NCBI GenBank assembly: GCA_964522985.1
Contig: CAZFXX010000004.1
Location: 1 to 34,553, forward strand
Origin: an uncultured Desulfobacteraceae bacterium
GTDB lineage: Bacteria > Desulfobacterota > Desulfobacteria > Desulfobacterales > 4572-123
Direction: 5' to 3'
Length of the DNA: 34,553 nucleotides
The notes under the pieces were generated by a model. The model was not told the DNA's origin and made no database searches. It saw only the letters and a list, made by a program, of their open reading frames with translations. Shown in pieces: positions 1-7,800 of this stretch. How positions within the stretch are numbered: position 1 is the first letter of the stretch; every line of letters begins with the position of its first letter. A program made the translations under genes and the position numbers.

Positions 1-169
1 AATTTTCCAGCATGGCCTGGTGTTTTCTTTCTTCTGCGGCAAATTCTCCAAACATTTCTTTGGCGCCGGCAAAAGGCTCCTGACGGCCCAGGTCTTCATA
101 GAACTCTGCAGCCTCGATCTCTTTTTCAATTGCGTATTCAACGATTTCATCAACGGATTTGAAACTCAT
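1..169 (-). CDS. ferritin-like / rubrerythrin-family protein, N-terminal fragment (C-terminus lies beyond the window edge)
   Basis: It is not in the ORF track because there is no stop codon inside the window. The reverse complement of 1-169 starts at ATG (169-167) and reads MSFKSVDEIVEYAIEKEIEAAEFYEDLGRQEPFAGAKEMFGEFAAEERKHQAMLEN. A GGAGGT Shine-Dalgarno (complement of 176-181) lies 6 nt upstream. The E..E and EERKH pattern resembles diiron ligands of ferritin-like/rubrerythrin proteins. Confidence 0.6.
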   Translation of the reverse strand, partial: MSFKSVDEIVEYAIEKEIEAAEFYEDLGRQEPFAGAKEMFGEFAAEERKHQAMLEN

Positions 170-326
170 CTTGTAACCTCCTGTTTTGGGTGTGTTAGCC
201 GGTACGCCAGTTATCCGGGTAACCAAATTTTTAATCTATATCACTTCATGTAAAAATACCACAAATCGGGATACAACAGCTGTTTAAGCATCCATCAGAT
301 GATTGATCAACTGCCGAATTTTTCCA

Positions 327-686
327 TCAAACGATGTCCAGTTTTTTTTTAAGCCAGTTTTTGACTTCTCCGTCTACGGGATAGACACCTTTGTGAAGGC
401 CGTTTTCCCTCAGGTAACGATTTTTCAGATCAACAGGCAGATCAATTTTTGCCAGCTCAACAGCTTCTTCGGAATTTCTGCGAATAAAATATATGACCGG
501 CTCATGCTGCCAGGTATTGACGACAAAATAGTGAGAGACATCATTTTTGGACCGGATTACATAATTACCGCCGGCCCAGTTGTTGCCCCATTCAAGATAC
601 AGCCGTACCGCCTCTTCCGGGGTCATCTGCCAGTCTATTGCGTTAATCAATTGGGAATCTTTTTTGATATCTTCTAAATTTATCAT
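327..686 (-). CDS. conserved hypothetical protein (119 aa)
   Basis: I trimmed ORF-track frame 327..776 to the internal ATG at 686-684 (MINLEDIKKDSQLINAIDWQMTPEEAVRLYLEWG...). That ATG has GGAG (complement of 693-696) 6 nt upstream. The longer N-terminal extension is hydrophobic junk without an RBS. I recognise no catalytic motif. Confidence 0.55.
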   Translation of the reverse strand: MINLEDIKKDSQLINAIDWQMTPEEAVRLYLEWGNNWAGGNYVIRSKNDVSHYFVVNTWQHEPVIYFIRRNSEEAVELAKIDLPVDLKNRYLRENGLHKGVYPVDGEVKNWLKKKLDIV

Positions 687-1076
687 AATAATCTCCGATA
701 AAAGTAAATTGAATTTAAACAAGGTATAGCGAAAAACATGCCAAGTAAAAATAAAAGGGCCGCCGGAATGGTTCAAAATCGGATATACCGATAATTTTCA
801 ATGAGATAAGACCCAGTGCAGAAGCCTTCCCGGATAATTGCTACCAGTTAAGGGGCTGGAAAAGGTATTTTTCTGTCTCATAAAACGCGTTTGTCTCATG
901 AGACGGTTTAATTTCAATAATTCAATGCAACCGGCGATAGGATACAGAATAAAGGCGAATAAAACACCTTCTCGGTTTTTTGTACCCGCGCAAACGGCTG
1001 GTTGTCGATTAAAAAGTTTTTTTAAAAAAATGCGGTAGTTTGCTGAATTTGGGAAACGACAGGATTGCTTGGAGTC

Positions 1077-1091
1077 TGGCACGAAAATTGA
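1077..1091 (+). promoter_or_regulatory. sigma-54-like -24/-12 element (TGGCACG-N4-TTGA)
   Basis: TGGCACGAAAATTGA matches the consensus TGGCACG-N4-TTGC with correct GG-to-G spacing, except that the -12 C is A. It sits about 30 nt upstream of the ATG at 1122, leaving room for a short leader containing AAAGGA (1105-1110). Confidence 0.25.
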
Positions 1092-1121
1092 AGGATACCT
1101 GCAGAAAGGATAGCAAAATTT

Positions 1122-2513
1122 ATGGGAAACTGCCGGTTTGTCAAACAATGTGTGATAAAGGCGCCTGTTGACCAGGTTTTTAACTGGCATATCAGGCCCG
1201 GCGCCCTGGAACGGTTGAGCCCGCCCTGGGATCCATTGGAATTGGTCAGTTATACCGGTGACATTAAGTCCGGTGCAACAGTGGTCATGCGGCTCAAATC
1301 CGGCCTCCTGCCGATGAAGATAAAATGGGTGGCAAAACATGGCAGATATGAACAAAACCGGTTGTTTGAAAACCGGCAGCTAAAAGGCCCCCTGGCATAC
1401 TGGGTCCATCTCCACCGGTTTTCCCGTGCCGGGCAGGCGGCATGCCTTCTGGAAGATAAAATCGAATACGCCCTGCCGTTTCATCCGCTGGGCAGCTTTT
1501 TCGGCCATGCCCTGATTCGGAAAAAACTTGAACGAATTTTCCGGTTTCGACATGCCGTCACCCGCATGGATATTGCCGATCATCTACGATTTAAGCGGGG
1601 GCCCTTGACCCTTTTGATTACCGGTTCCGGCGGCTTTTTGGGGTCGGCCCTGGTGCCGTTTCTGACCGGTGGCGGGCATCGGGTCATTCGTATGGTCAGA
1701 ACGAAAGCCGCCGCGGGCAGGGATACCTTGTTCTGGGATCCGTTATCCGAACATCTTGACCTTGAGGCCATCGGCAAAATAGATGCGGTGATCCATCTGG
1801 CCGGGGAAAATATTGCACAAGGCCGGTGGTCTGCTGAAAAAAAGAACAAAATAATAAAAAGCCGTGTTCGCGGCACCACCCTTCTGGCCCGGGCCCTGAC
1901 CCGGTTGCCGGAGCCCCCGGAAGTCCTGATATGTGCTTCAGCGATCGGCTATTACGGAAATCGTGGCACGGCATGGATGACGGAACAAAGCGATCAGGGA
2001 AATAATTTTATTTCCAAGGTATGCGGCAAATGGGAGCAATCCACCGCCCCGGCCGCTGAAAAAGGAATCCGGACAGTGCTTCTTCGCATCGGCATTGCGC
2101 TGAGCCCTTCGGGCGGCGCCCTGCAAAAGTTCCTGCTGCCCTTCCAGTTCGGGTTGGGCGGAAAACTGGGATCCGGTAACCAATATATGAGCTGGATCCA
2201 TAGGGATGATGTGCTGGGGGCGATTTATCATGTCCTTGACAGACGGGATATCAAGGGCCCGGTGAATGTGGTTGCACCTGACCCGGTTACCAATTATACG
2301 TTTGTTAACACTCTGGGGAGGGTACTGACCCGGCCCTGCTTTTTTTCGGTTCCCGAATCGGCAATACGGGTCATGTTCGGGGAGATGGGAAGGGAGATCC
2401 CCTTGTCCAGCACCCGGGTATCCCCCGACCGATTGATGGAAAGTGGCTACCGGTTTCGGTATCCGGTTCTGGAGGGGGCACTGCGGCATCTGCTGGGCCG
2501 GGTGAAGCAATAA
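1122..2513 (+). CDS. SRPBCC (START/polyketide-cyclase-like) domain fused to a TIGR01777/YfcH-type NAD-dependent epimerase/dehydratase (SDR) with a DUF1731-like C-terminus
   Basis: This is a 463-aa ORF. The N-terminal ~150 aa look like an SRPBCC ligand-binding fold. They are followed by the Rossmann motif LITGSGGFLGSAL and the pattern AVIHLAGENIAQGRWS...K..I..SR characteristic of the YfcH/TIGR01777 family. Confidence 0.85.
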   Translation: MGNCRFVKQCVIKAPVDQVFNWHIRPGALERLSPPWDPLELVSYTGDIKSGATVVMRLKSGLLPMKIKWVAKHGRYEQNRLFENRQLKGPLAYWVHLHRFSRAGQAACLLEDKIEYALPFHPLGSFFGHALIRKKLERIFRFRHAVTRMDIADHLRFKRGPLTLLITGSGGFLGSALVPFLTGGGHRVIRMVRTKAAAGRDTLFWDPLSEHLDLEAIGKIDAVIHLAGENIAQGRWSAEKKNKIIKSRVRGTTLLARALTRLPEPPEVLICASAIGYYGNRGTAWMTEQSDQGNNFISKVCGKWEQSTAPAAEKGIRTVLLRIGIALSPSGGALQKFLLPFQFGLGGKLGSGNQYMSWIHRDDVLGAIYHVLDRRDIKGPVNVVAPDPVTNYTFVNTLGRVLTRPCFFSVPESAIRVMFGEMGREIPLSSTRVSPDRLMESGYRFRYPVLEGALRHLLGRVKQ

Positions 2514-2550
2514 CAAGCGCTGCCTGAAAAGGGCATTGCGGAGGAAATCA

Positions 2551-3681
2551 ATGAGTTTAAAACTCAGGGCAGTACTGACCATTTGTATGGTCACCGCTCT
2601 TTTTTTCGGATTTTTGCATCTTTTTGTGCAAAACGGCAGCCTGTACAATTTTGAACGGTTGCATATTTTTCTTTTTAATCTGGTCAGCGGCGGTACGATC
2701 CTGATTCATTACAGCGAAGGTCACACCCGATTATCTCGCCGGGCAACCTTGTTTATGGCCCTGTCCCTTGCGTATGCGGTTCTATCCTTTAAAAAAATCT
2801 ATCTGCCGGCAATCATTATCGCCTTTATTCTGGCCGCAATTGTCGATTCGGTAAGGATCAGGGCCTTTTCTGTTTTTCCTTCAAATTTCTTTGACCCGCA
2901 CGCGCCTGTTGCGGAAAAATTTCATCAGGCCGCATTACTATGCCTTTCCATGGGGCTGGCCATTTCCGGCCTGGTGATCTTGAACAATGAATTTTTAAAA
3001 CTCATATACCTGGAAAAACTTAAGCTGGATACCTTTTTTCTGGGGTTTTCCTTTCCTCTGTCTCTGATCACCATGTCGGTCATGTTTTCCATGATGAAAG
3101 AAGACGTCGGCGTAATGGTGAAACGGCTTAAAAATCTGAGCTTCTGGAATATCAACCTCGGGGTGGTCATCTTTTTTATTTTTATTTTGCTTGAAATGCT
3201 CATCCCCCAGCTCGTGGTCACCGGTATTTTATTTTTTTCAGTGGTGCTGATTTTCCTGTTGTTCAAAAATCTAGGTATCCGGGTACAGCAGAAATATTTC
3301 CTGACTTCCGGAATATTATTTCTCCTGTATACCGCCGTGACCGGTATTTTGTACATTCCCCTCGCATTTAATCCGGCCTATACGCACGAGAAAATGAAAA
3401 TTCTTCTCCGGATGCATTCCTTTGCTTCTCTGTACGGCTGGAACCTGAGCGGCCTTGCCGTCATCTGCCGAAAAGATGAATTCCCCATCGTCCTCCACTC
3501 AGCGCCCCTTATCGCTCTACACTGGATCACGGCTGTAATGCTGGCGCCGCTGGGGACCTACTATCGGCCCTTTGCGATTCTTGCCTTGACCGGCTATGGG
3601 GCGATTCTTTATTTTATCATGTTCGGTCAAAAGGACCGTGCCGTGCCGGTAACGCAGAACGGTGAGCGCTGGGAAAAATGA
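2551..3681 (+). CDS. polytopic integral membrane protein, function unknown (~10-12 predicted TM segments)
   Basis: I trimmed ORF-track frame 2536..3681 (TTG) to the ATG at 2551, which has GGAGGA (2540-2545) 5 nt upstream. The sequence is strongly hydrophobic throughout in helix-length blocks. Its stop overlaps the next start (ATGA at 3678-3681). Confidence 0.75.
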   Translation: MSLKLRAVLTICMVTALFFGFLHLFVQNGSLYNFERLHIFLFNLVSGGTILIHYSEGHTRLSRRATLFMALSLAYAVLSFKKIYLPAIIIAFILAAIVDSVRIRAFSVFPSNFFDPHAPVAEKFHQAALLCLSMGLAISGLVILNNEFLKLIYLEKLKLDTFFLGFSFPLSLITMSVMFSMMKEDVGVMVKRLKNLSFWNINLGVVIFFIFILLEMLIPQLVVTGILFFSVVLIFLLFKNLGIRVQQKYFLTSGILFLLYTAVTGILYIPLAFNPAYTHEKMKILLRMHSFASLYGWNLSGLAVICRKDEFPIVLHSAPLIALHWITAVMLAPLGTYYRPFAILALTGYGAILYFIMFGQKDRAVPVTQNGERWEK

Positions 3682-3869
3682 AAATACCTGTCGTTGACAT
3701 AAGTAATTGCACTCTTTGCGGTGGATGCATAGAGGTGTGTCCCGAAGTATTTTTTTTAAACGAAACCGGTTTTATCGAAGTTGCCGACAGGGCCGCCTAT
3801 CCGGAAGACGAGGTGGATGAAGCCATAAAATACTGCCCGGAGGATTGCATAAGCTGGGATGGAAACTAA
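3678..3869 (+). CDS. small monocluster [4Fe-4S]/[3Fe-4S] ferredoxin (63 aa)
   Basis: It carries CTLCGGCIEVCP near the N-terminus and CPEDC near the C-terminus. This is the arrangement of single-cluster ferredoxins of the Pyrococcus/Thermotoga/Desulfovibrio gigas type (three N-terminal ligands, a distal Cys-Pro ligand, and two extra Cys). Confidence 0.85.
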   Translation: MKIPVVDISNCTLCGGCIEVCPEVFFLNETGFIEVADRAAYPEDEVDEAIKYCPEDCISWDGN

Positions 3870-4554
3870 CCGACAGATCAAACATCAGCTCCTTTGCCTT
3901 CTCAAACAGGATGATTTCGAGAAGACCCTCGGGGCGTTTTCCCGTTTTCCGGCAAGAAAGGCCGTAAACCCCTTTTTCTCCTTTTTGTACAATAGTGATG
4001 AACTCGTAAAATACCGAGCGGTTACGGCTCTGGGGCTCATTGTCGCCAATCTTGCGAAACAGGACCTTGAATCCGCCAGGGTCGTGATGCGCCGCTTTAT
4101 ATGGAACCTTAACGATGAATCAGGCGGCATCGGCTGGGGATCGCCCGAAGCCATGGCCGAAATCATGGCCCGAAGTGAGCCGTTGGCTGAAGAATACGCT
4201 ACCCTTCTCGTCTCTTATATGACGCCCGACATGAATTTTCTCGAGCACCCCATATTACAGCGCGGGTTGCTCTGGGGAATTGGCCGGCTGGCCCACGCCC
4301 GGCCCGGATTTCTGCAGCAGACAGATAGGCTGCTTCTAATTTTTCTGCAGTCAAAGGATCCTTTTCACCGTGGTCTTGCGGCATGGGCCTTGGGGGCCAT
4401 TGGAGATCGGCCTGTTATAAAGCTGCTTGAACCGATGATCGGTGACCGGTTTTTACTGAGGATCTATAACGGGTTTCAGATTGTGGATCGCACGGTTGGT
4501 GAGCTGGTTACAGAAGCCATAGCCCGGATTAAAAGCGCTGTAAGTTCAAACTGA
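3859..4554 (+). CDS. HEAT / PBS-lyase-like repeat protein (resembles a conserved Desulfovibrio-type hypothetical family)
   Basis: This 231-aa ORF overlaps the ferredoxin stop by 11 nt. It has repeated helical A..ALG.IG modules (RAVTALGLIV, LLWGIGRLA, LAAWALGAIG) typical of HEAT-like repeats. Confidence 0.65.
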   Translation: METNRQIKHQLLCLLKQDDFEKTLGAFSRFPARKAVNPFFSFLYNSDELVKYRAVTALGLIVANLAKQDLESARVVMRRFIWNLNDESGGIGWGSPEAMAEIMARSEPLAEEYATLLVSYMTPDMNFLEHPILQRGLLWGIGRLAHARPGFLQQTDRLLLIFLQSKDPFHRGLAAWALGAIGDRPVIKLLEPMIGDRFLLRIYNGFQIVDRTVGELVTEAIARIKSAVSSN

Positions 4555-4689
4555 TTTCAGAAGATTAGCGTGCCCTGATTGGAAAACTATTAAGGCACCA
4601 TGTACTATGCCGCCGCGGGGCTGCCTTTGCAACGGCCCACAGGATGACCCGCCATACACTGACGGGACGCCGGCAGCGGGCTTTGCAGA

Positions 4690-5934
4690 TCAGCCGTGGG
4701 CAGCGGCACAGCATCCGGCCAGATGGCCGGTGGAAAAGGCCGCCTGGAGGTTGTACCCGCCTGTGTCGGCCTGAATATCCAGTAACTCGCCGGCGATGTA
4801 GAGTCCTTTGCATATGCGAGATTCCATGGTTCGCGGATCAATTTCGCGTGTGTCCACGCCGCCTGCCGTTACAATGGCCTCGGAAATGGGCCGGTGCCCG
4901 GTCACTTCCAGTTTAAAATCCTTGAGCCATGTTCGCAGGTTCCGGCGCTCTTTGGCGGAGATCGTGTTGACCATTTGCTCGGGAGCAATCCCGGTGAGGT
5001 CCAGACAGACAGGCACCATTTCGCGCGGCAGTAGTCCCCGCAAAAGGCTGTGGAACGGCTCTTTGCCACGATTTTTAAAATCGCGCAAAAGACGCATGTC
5101 CAATTTTTTTTCGTCAAGGGCTGGTTTGAGATCAATGGAAAGCACAATCTGGTGACCTTTTCCCAAGGCATCCACGGCCTCACCGCTTAAAGCGAGAATC
5201 ACCGGACCGCTGACCCCGGATTCGGTAAAGACCAGTTCACCGAATGCCTCCTTGCGTTTTTTCCCGTTGATGTGCATGCGCACCTTGATGTTGCGCAGAT
5301 TCAAACCGGCCATTTTTTGCGCGACATCACCGTTGGTTTCCAGGGGAATAAGGGCCGGACGTACAGGCACTAGACTATGCCCGGCACTTTTGGCCAGATG
5401 GTAGCCGTCGCCGGTCGAGCCGGTGGCCGGATAGGAGGCGCCGCCGGTAGCCAGAATGACGGCATCACAGGCAAACGTTCTGCCCCGGGAAACCACACCG
5501 CCAACCCTTTTATTGTCCATCAGCAATTTGCTCACCGGAGAATTGTTCTGGATTTGAACATGGCATTGTTTCAGCCACCGCAGAAAAATATCCAAAACAT
5601 CCACGGCCTTGCCGCTGGCCGGGAAAACACGGCCCCCCCTTTCTGTCATCACGTCCAGTCCCTGTTGTTTTAAAAAATCCACAAGGTCGGTGTTGAAAAA
5701 TCGGGCAAACGCCTGGCGCATAAAAAGGCCTGTTTTGCCGAAGTGAGCAATGAAATCGGGAATTCGTGCAATATTGGTGATGTTGCAGCGGCCCTTACCG
5801 GTAATACAAAGCTTCCGGCCGGGTTTTCGTTGCTTTTCCAGCAGGAGTGTATCGGCTCCATTTTCAGCTGCCTGTCCGGCGGCCATCAGCCCGGCTGCTC
5901 CCCCGCCGATGACAATTATTCGTGGTTTTTTCAT
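4690..5934 (-). CDS. HI0933/YhiN (BaiN-like) family NAD(P)/FAD-dependent oxidoreductase
   Basis: I trimmed ORF-track frame 4690..6111 to the ATG at 5934, so that the dinucleotide-binding motif MKKPRIIVIGGGAAGLMAA sits at the N-terminus. The body (CNITN, GGASYP.TGSTGDGY, GLYIAGE.LD..A.TGGYNLQ) is typical of the HI0933 family. Confidence 0.85.
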   Translation of the reverse strand: MKKPRIIVIGGGAAGLMAAGQAAENGADTLLLEKQRKPGRKLCITGKGRCNITNIARIPDFIAHFGKTGLFMRQAFARFFNTDLVDFLKQQGLDVMTERGGRVFPASGKAVDVLDIFLRWLKQCHVQIQNNSPVSKLLMDNKRVGGVVSRGRTFACDAVILATGGASYPATGSTGDGYHLAKSAGHSLVPVRPALIPLETNGDVAQKMAGLNLRNIKVRMHINGKKRKEAFGELVFTESGVSGPVILALSGEAVDALGKGHQIVLSIDLKPALDEKKLDMRLLRDFKNRGKEPFHSLLRGLLPREMVPVCLDLTGIAPEQMVNTISAKERRNLRTWLKDFKLEVTGHRPISEAIVTAGGVDTREIDPRTMESRICKGLYIAGELLDIQADTGGYNLQAAFSTGHLAGCCAAAHG

Positions 5935-6043
5935 ATTTTTATTTTTTACATTTTCATTATAAGGTCCATTACCCCGCAATTGCTGACGCTGATACACTTT
6001 GATCAACGGTAGATTCCTAATGCCTGCCGGAGATGCTTTGAGT

Positions 6044-7036
6044 TTATGGCTGGTCAACGGTTTTGGCTTCGGCCGGATCGATATGAACAATAACCCTATC
6101 GAAATCATCAAGCGCTCCTGCCAGACGAGATTCCACTTTTTTGATAATTCGGTGCCCCTGTTCCACGGTCAGTTGCCCATCCACTTCAATATGAATTTCA
6201 ATCTGGTAGGCGCCGCCGGAGGTTCGGACCTTGAGGTCATGGGCACTGATGACACCTTTCACAGACAGGGAACAGCGGTTTATTTCATCAAGAATTTCAG
6301 GCGGGGGTGCGGTATCAGAAAGCTCCCGCATGGTATTTGTCAGGATTTGCAACCCAACCCTTATAATAAAAAAGGATACGATCAGGGCCGCCACGGAATC
6401 TAAAATGTACCATGCCGGTTTAATGCGGGCGCCGGTTACCCCCAGTAGAACCGCCACAGAGGAAAGGGCATCTGATCGGTGATGCCAGGCATTGGCCATG
6501 ATGAGTTGGCTCTTTAGCAGTTGACCGGTATGCAGGGTATAATGATACAGGGCTTCTTTTGCGGTTATGGATATGGCGGCCCCCAGAAGGGCCAGCCCGG
6601 TGGGACGATATTGTGTATGGTTATAAATATCCAGGCCAGCCTGTATCCCAAGATAAAGAGCGGTGGCAATCAGGGCAAACCCGATACTGGCGGTTGCCAG
6701 GGTTTCAATACGGCCATGGCCGAAAGGGTGCCGGGTATCCGGTGGTTTGCGGCCGGCGCTCACACCGAAAAGGACCACGGCGTCTGTGAAGAGATCGGAA
6801 ACAGAGTGAACGGCATCCGCTACCAGGGCATGGCTGTGACCGAGTATCCCCGCTGTGAATTTGATCACGATCAAAACGGTATTGACCGCTGTCCCGATCA
6901 GCGTAACCCTGCTGCCGGGGTCGGCAGATGTTATAATGTCCATAGGCAACTGATTAATGTCGGGAAGAGATACGGCCGACCAGGGGGAGCAGCGTTTGCC
7001 AGAAAGAATCGCAATCGTTGACAGTTCAAGGCTCAC
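6044..7036 (-). CDS. cation diffusion facilitator (CDF) family metal efflux transporter
   Basis: It has the CDF signature HSHALVADAVHSVSDLFTD, six hydrophobic segments and a C-terminal cytoplasmic domain (ISAHDLKVRTSGGAYQIEIHIEV). The start is uncertain: a GTG at 7036 or an ATG at 6943, neither with a clear SD. Confidence 0.8.
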   Translation of the reverse strand: MSLELSTIAILSGKRCSPWSAVSLPDINQLPMDIITSADPGSRVTLIGTAVNTVLIVIKFTAGILGHSHALVADAVHSVSDLFTDAVVLFGVSAGRKPPDTRHPFGHGRIETLATASIGFALIATALYLGIQAGLDIYNHTQYRPTGLALLGAAISITAKEALYHYTLHTGQLLKSQLIMANAWHHRSDALSSVAVLLGVTGARIKPAWYILDSVAALIVSFFIIRVGLQILTNTMRELSDTAPPPEILDEINRCSLSVKGVISAHDLKVRTSGGAYQIEIHIEVDGQLTVEQGHRIIKKVESRLAGALDDFDRVIVHIDPAEAKTVDQP

Positions 7037-7076
7037 TGGATAGATGATGCTTTAATACCTATAAAGCGTCATAGCA

Positions 7077-7256
7077 TCAGATTTTATTATTATCTTCTAT
7101 CTTGTCGGGATCTTCTTTTTTTTCATTGGTGGCTTTTTTGAAATTTTTAATGGCTTTTCCCATGCCGCCGCCGATTTCCGGCAGCTTGCCTGCTCCAAAA
7201 ATAATAAGAATGATAACAAGAATAATAATCAGTTCCGGCATTCCAATTCCAAACAT
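7077..7256 (-). CDS. tatA: twin-arginine translocase subunit TatA/E (59 aa)
   Basis: It is below the ORF-track size cutoff. The reverse complement reads [59 protein letters not shown], with AGGGGG 4 nt upstream of the ATG. It has the canonical TatA N-terminal TM helix, the FG hinge and an amphipathic helix. Confidence 0.85.
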   Translation of the reverse strand: MFGIGMPELIIILVIILIIFGAGKLPEIGGGMGKAIKNFKKATNEKKEDPDKIEDNNKI

Positions 7257-7394
7257 ATTTCCCCCTGCTTATTCCGATCCGGCGGTTTTTTAGCCGGTGT
7301 TGTTTATTTTAAAAACGCAATAAATCTTTTAGTCCTTTGGCGCCAAACAATTCAAAATGAATATATCACCGGACGATATGGGTGTCAATCTAAG

Positions 7395-7485
7395 TTGAGC
7401 GATTTTTAGCAAAAAGGTGTGCTAAGACCTTGATGCAGACGTTGTGTGCAATAGATCAATACAGATCGCGTTAAAAATCGCTCAA
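7395..7485. repeat. perfect 14-bp inverted repeat (TTGAGCGATTTTTA / TAAAAATCGCTCAA) separated by 63 bp, flanked by direct GGTGTCAAT copies
   Basis: The arms lie at 7395-7408 and 7472-7485. GGTGTCAAT occurs at 7381-7389 and 7486-7494. All of it is in the 545-bp spacer between the tatA start and the 7801 gene. Confidence 0.7.
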
Positions 7486-7800
7486 GGTGTCAATATATTG
7501 GAGAGATGACATGGCTGAGACCAGGCTGAGACTTGCCCTGTAACTGCCGGGACCTGTATTGGCCTGTTTGAAATAATCCATTGGTCTTGTAAATTCCTGC
7601 AGCTCATGATAAATAATCAGGAATTTTTTACTTTCCGTTTCGGGATACATTTTCTTCAAAAAGGCATCTGGTTTTATCTGGTTTTAGGATACCAAGATTA
7701 GAAATTTGAAATTGGACAACTCATTTTATCTGAAAACAATGAGATAATAGTTTTGAGTCATAAGAAATATTTTTTCTAAAAGGTGTGAGGATCATAAATT

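Noticed and set aside
20-253. 77-aa + strand ORF at the left edge
   Set aside because: The opposite strand over 1-169 encodes a clean rubrerythrin/ferritin-like N-terminus with a GGAGG RBS. The + strand ORF is Phe/Cys-rich, has no RBS, and is most likely a shadow frame.
798-1355. 185-aa - strand ORF (and the 66-aa + ORF at 838-1038) upstream of and overlapping the SRPBCC-SDR gene
   Set aside because: It overlaps the start of a well-supported + strand gene. The composition is Cys/Pro/Arg-rich noise, and I recognise no RBS or motif.
1938-2648. Long antisense ORFs inside well-supported genes (for example 1938-2648, 13433-14032, 17903-18496, 24674-25234, 25241-25744, 31160-31945, 33484-34053, 6521-7021, 11585-11980)
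   Set aside because: All lie antisense to genes with clear family motifs. Their products are Arg/Pro/Gly-rich or low-complexity and lack start-site signals. They are typical shadow ORFs.
4565-4916. Cluster of 78-90-aa ORFs in the GC-rich convergent region after the HEAT gene
   Set aside because: They overlap the 3' end of the HI0933-family gene or each other, are Arg/Pro-rich, and have no RBS. The region is better explained as the gene's 3' end plus a convergent spacer.
5935-6111. 59-codon N-terminal extension of the HI0933-family ORF
   Set aside because: The Rossmann GGGAAG motif should be at the extreme N-terminus. The extension overlaps the CDF gene's 3' end and looks non-coding.
7471-7659. 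62-aa - strand ORF in the tatA / metE-like spacer
   Set aside because: It starts with TTG, has no Shine-Dalgarno and no recognisable motif, and overlaps one arm of the 14-bp inverted repeat. I kept the region only as a structural curiosity, reported as a finding.
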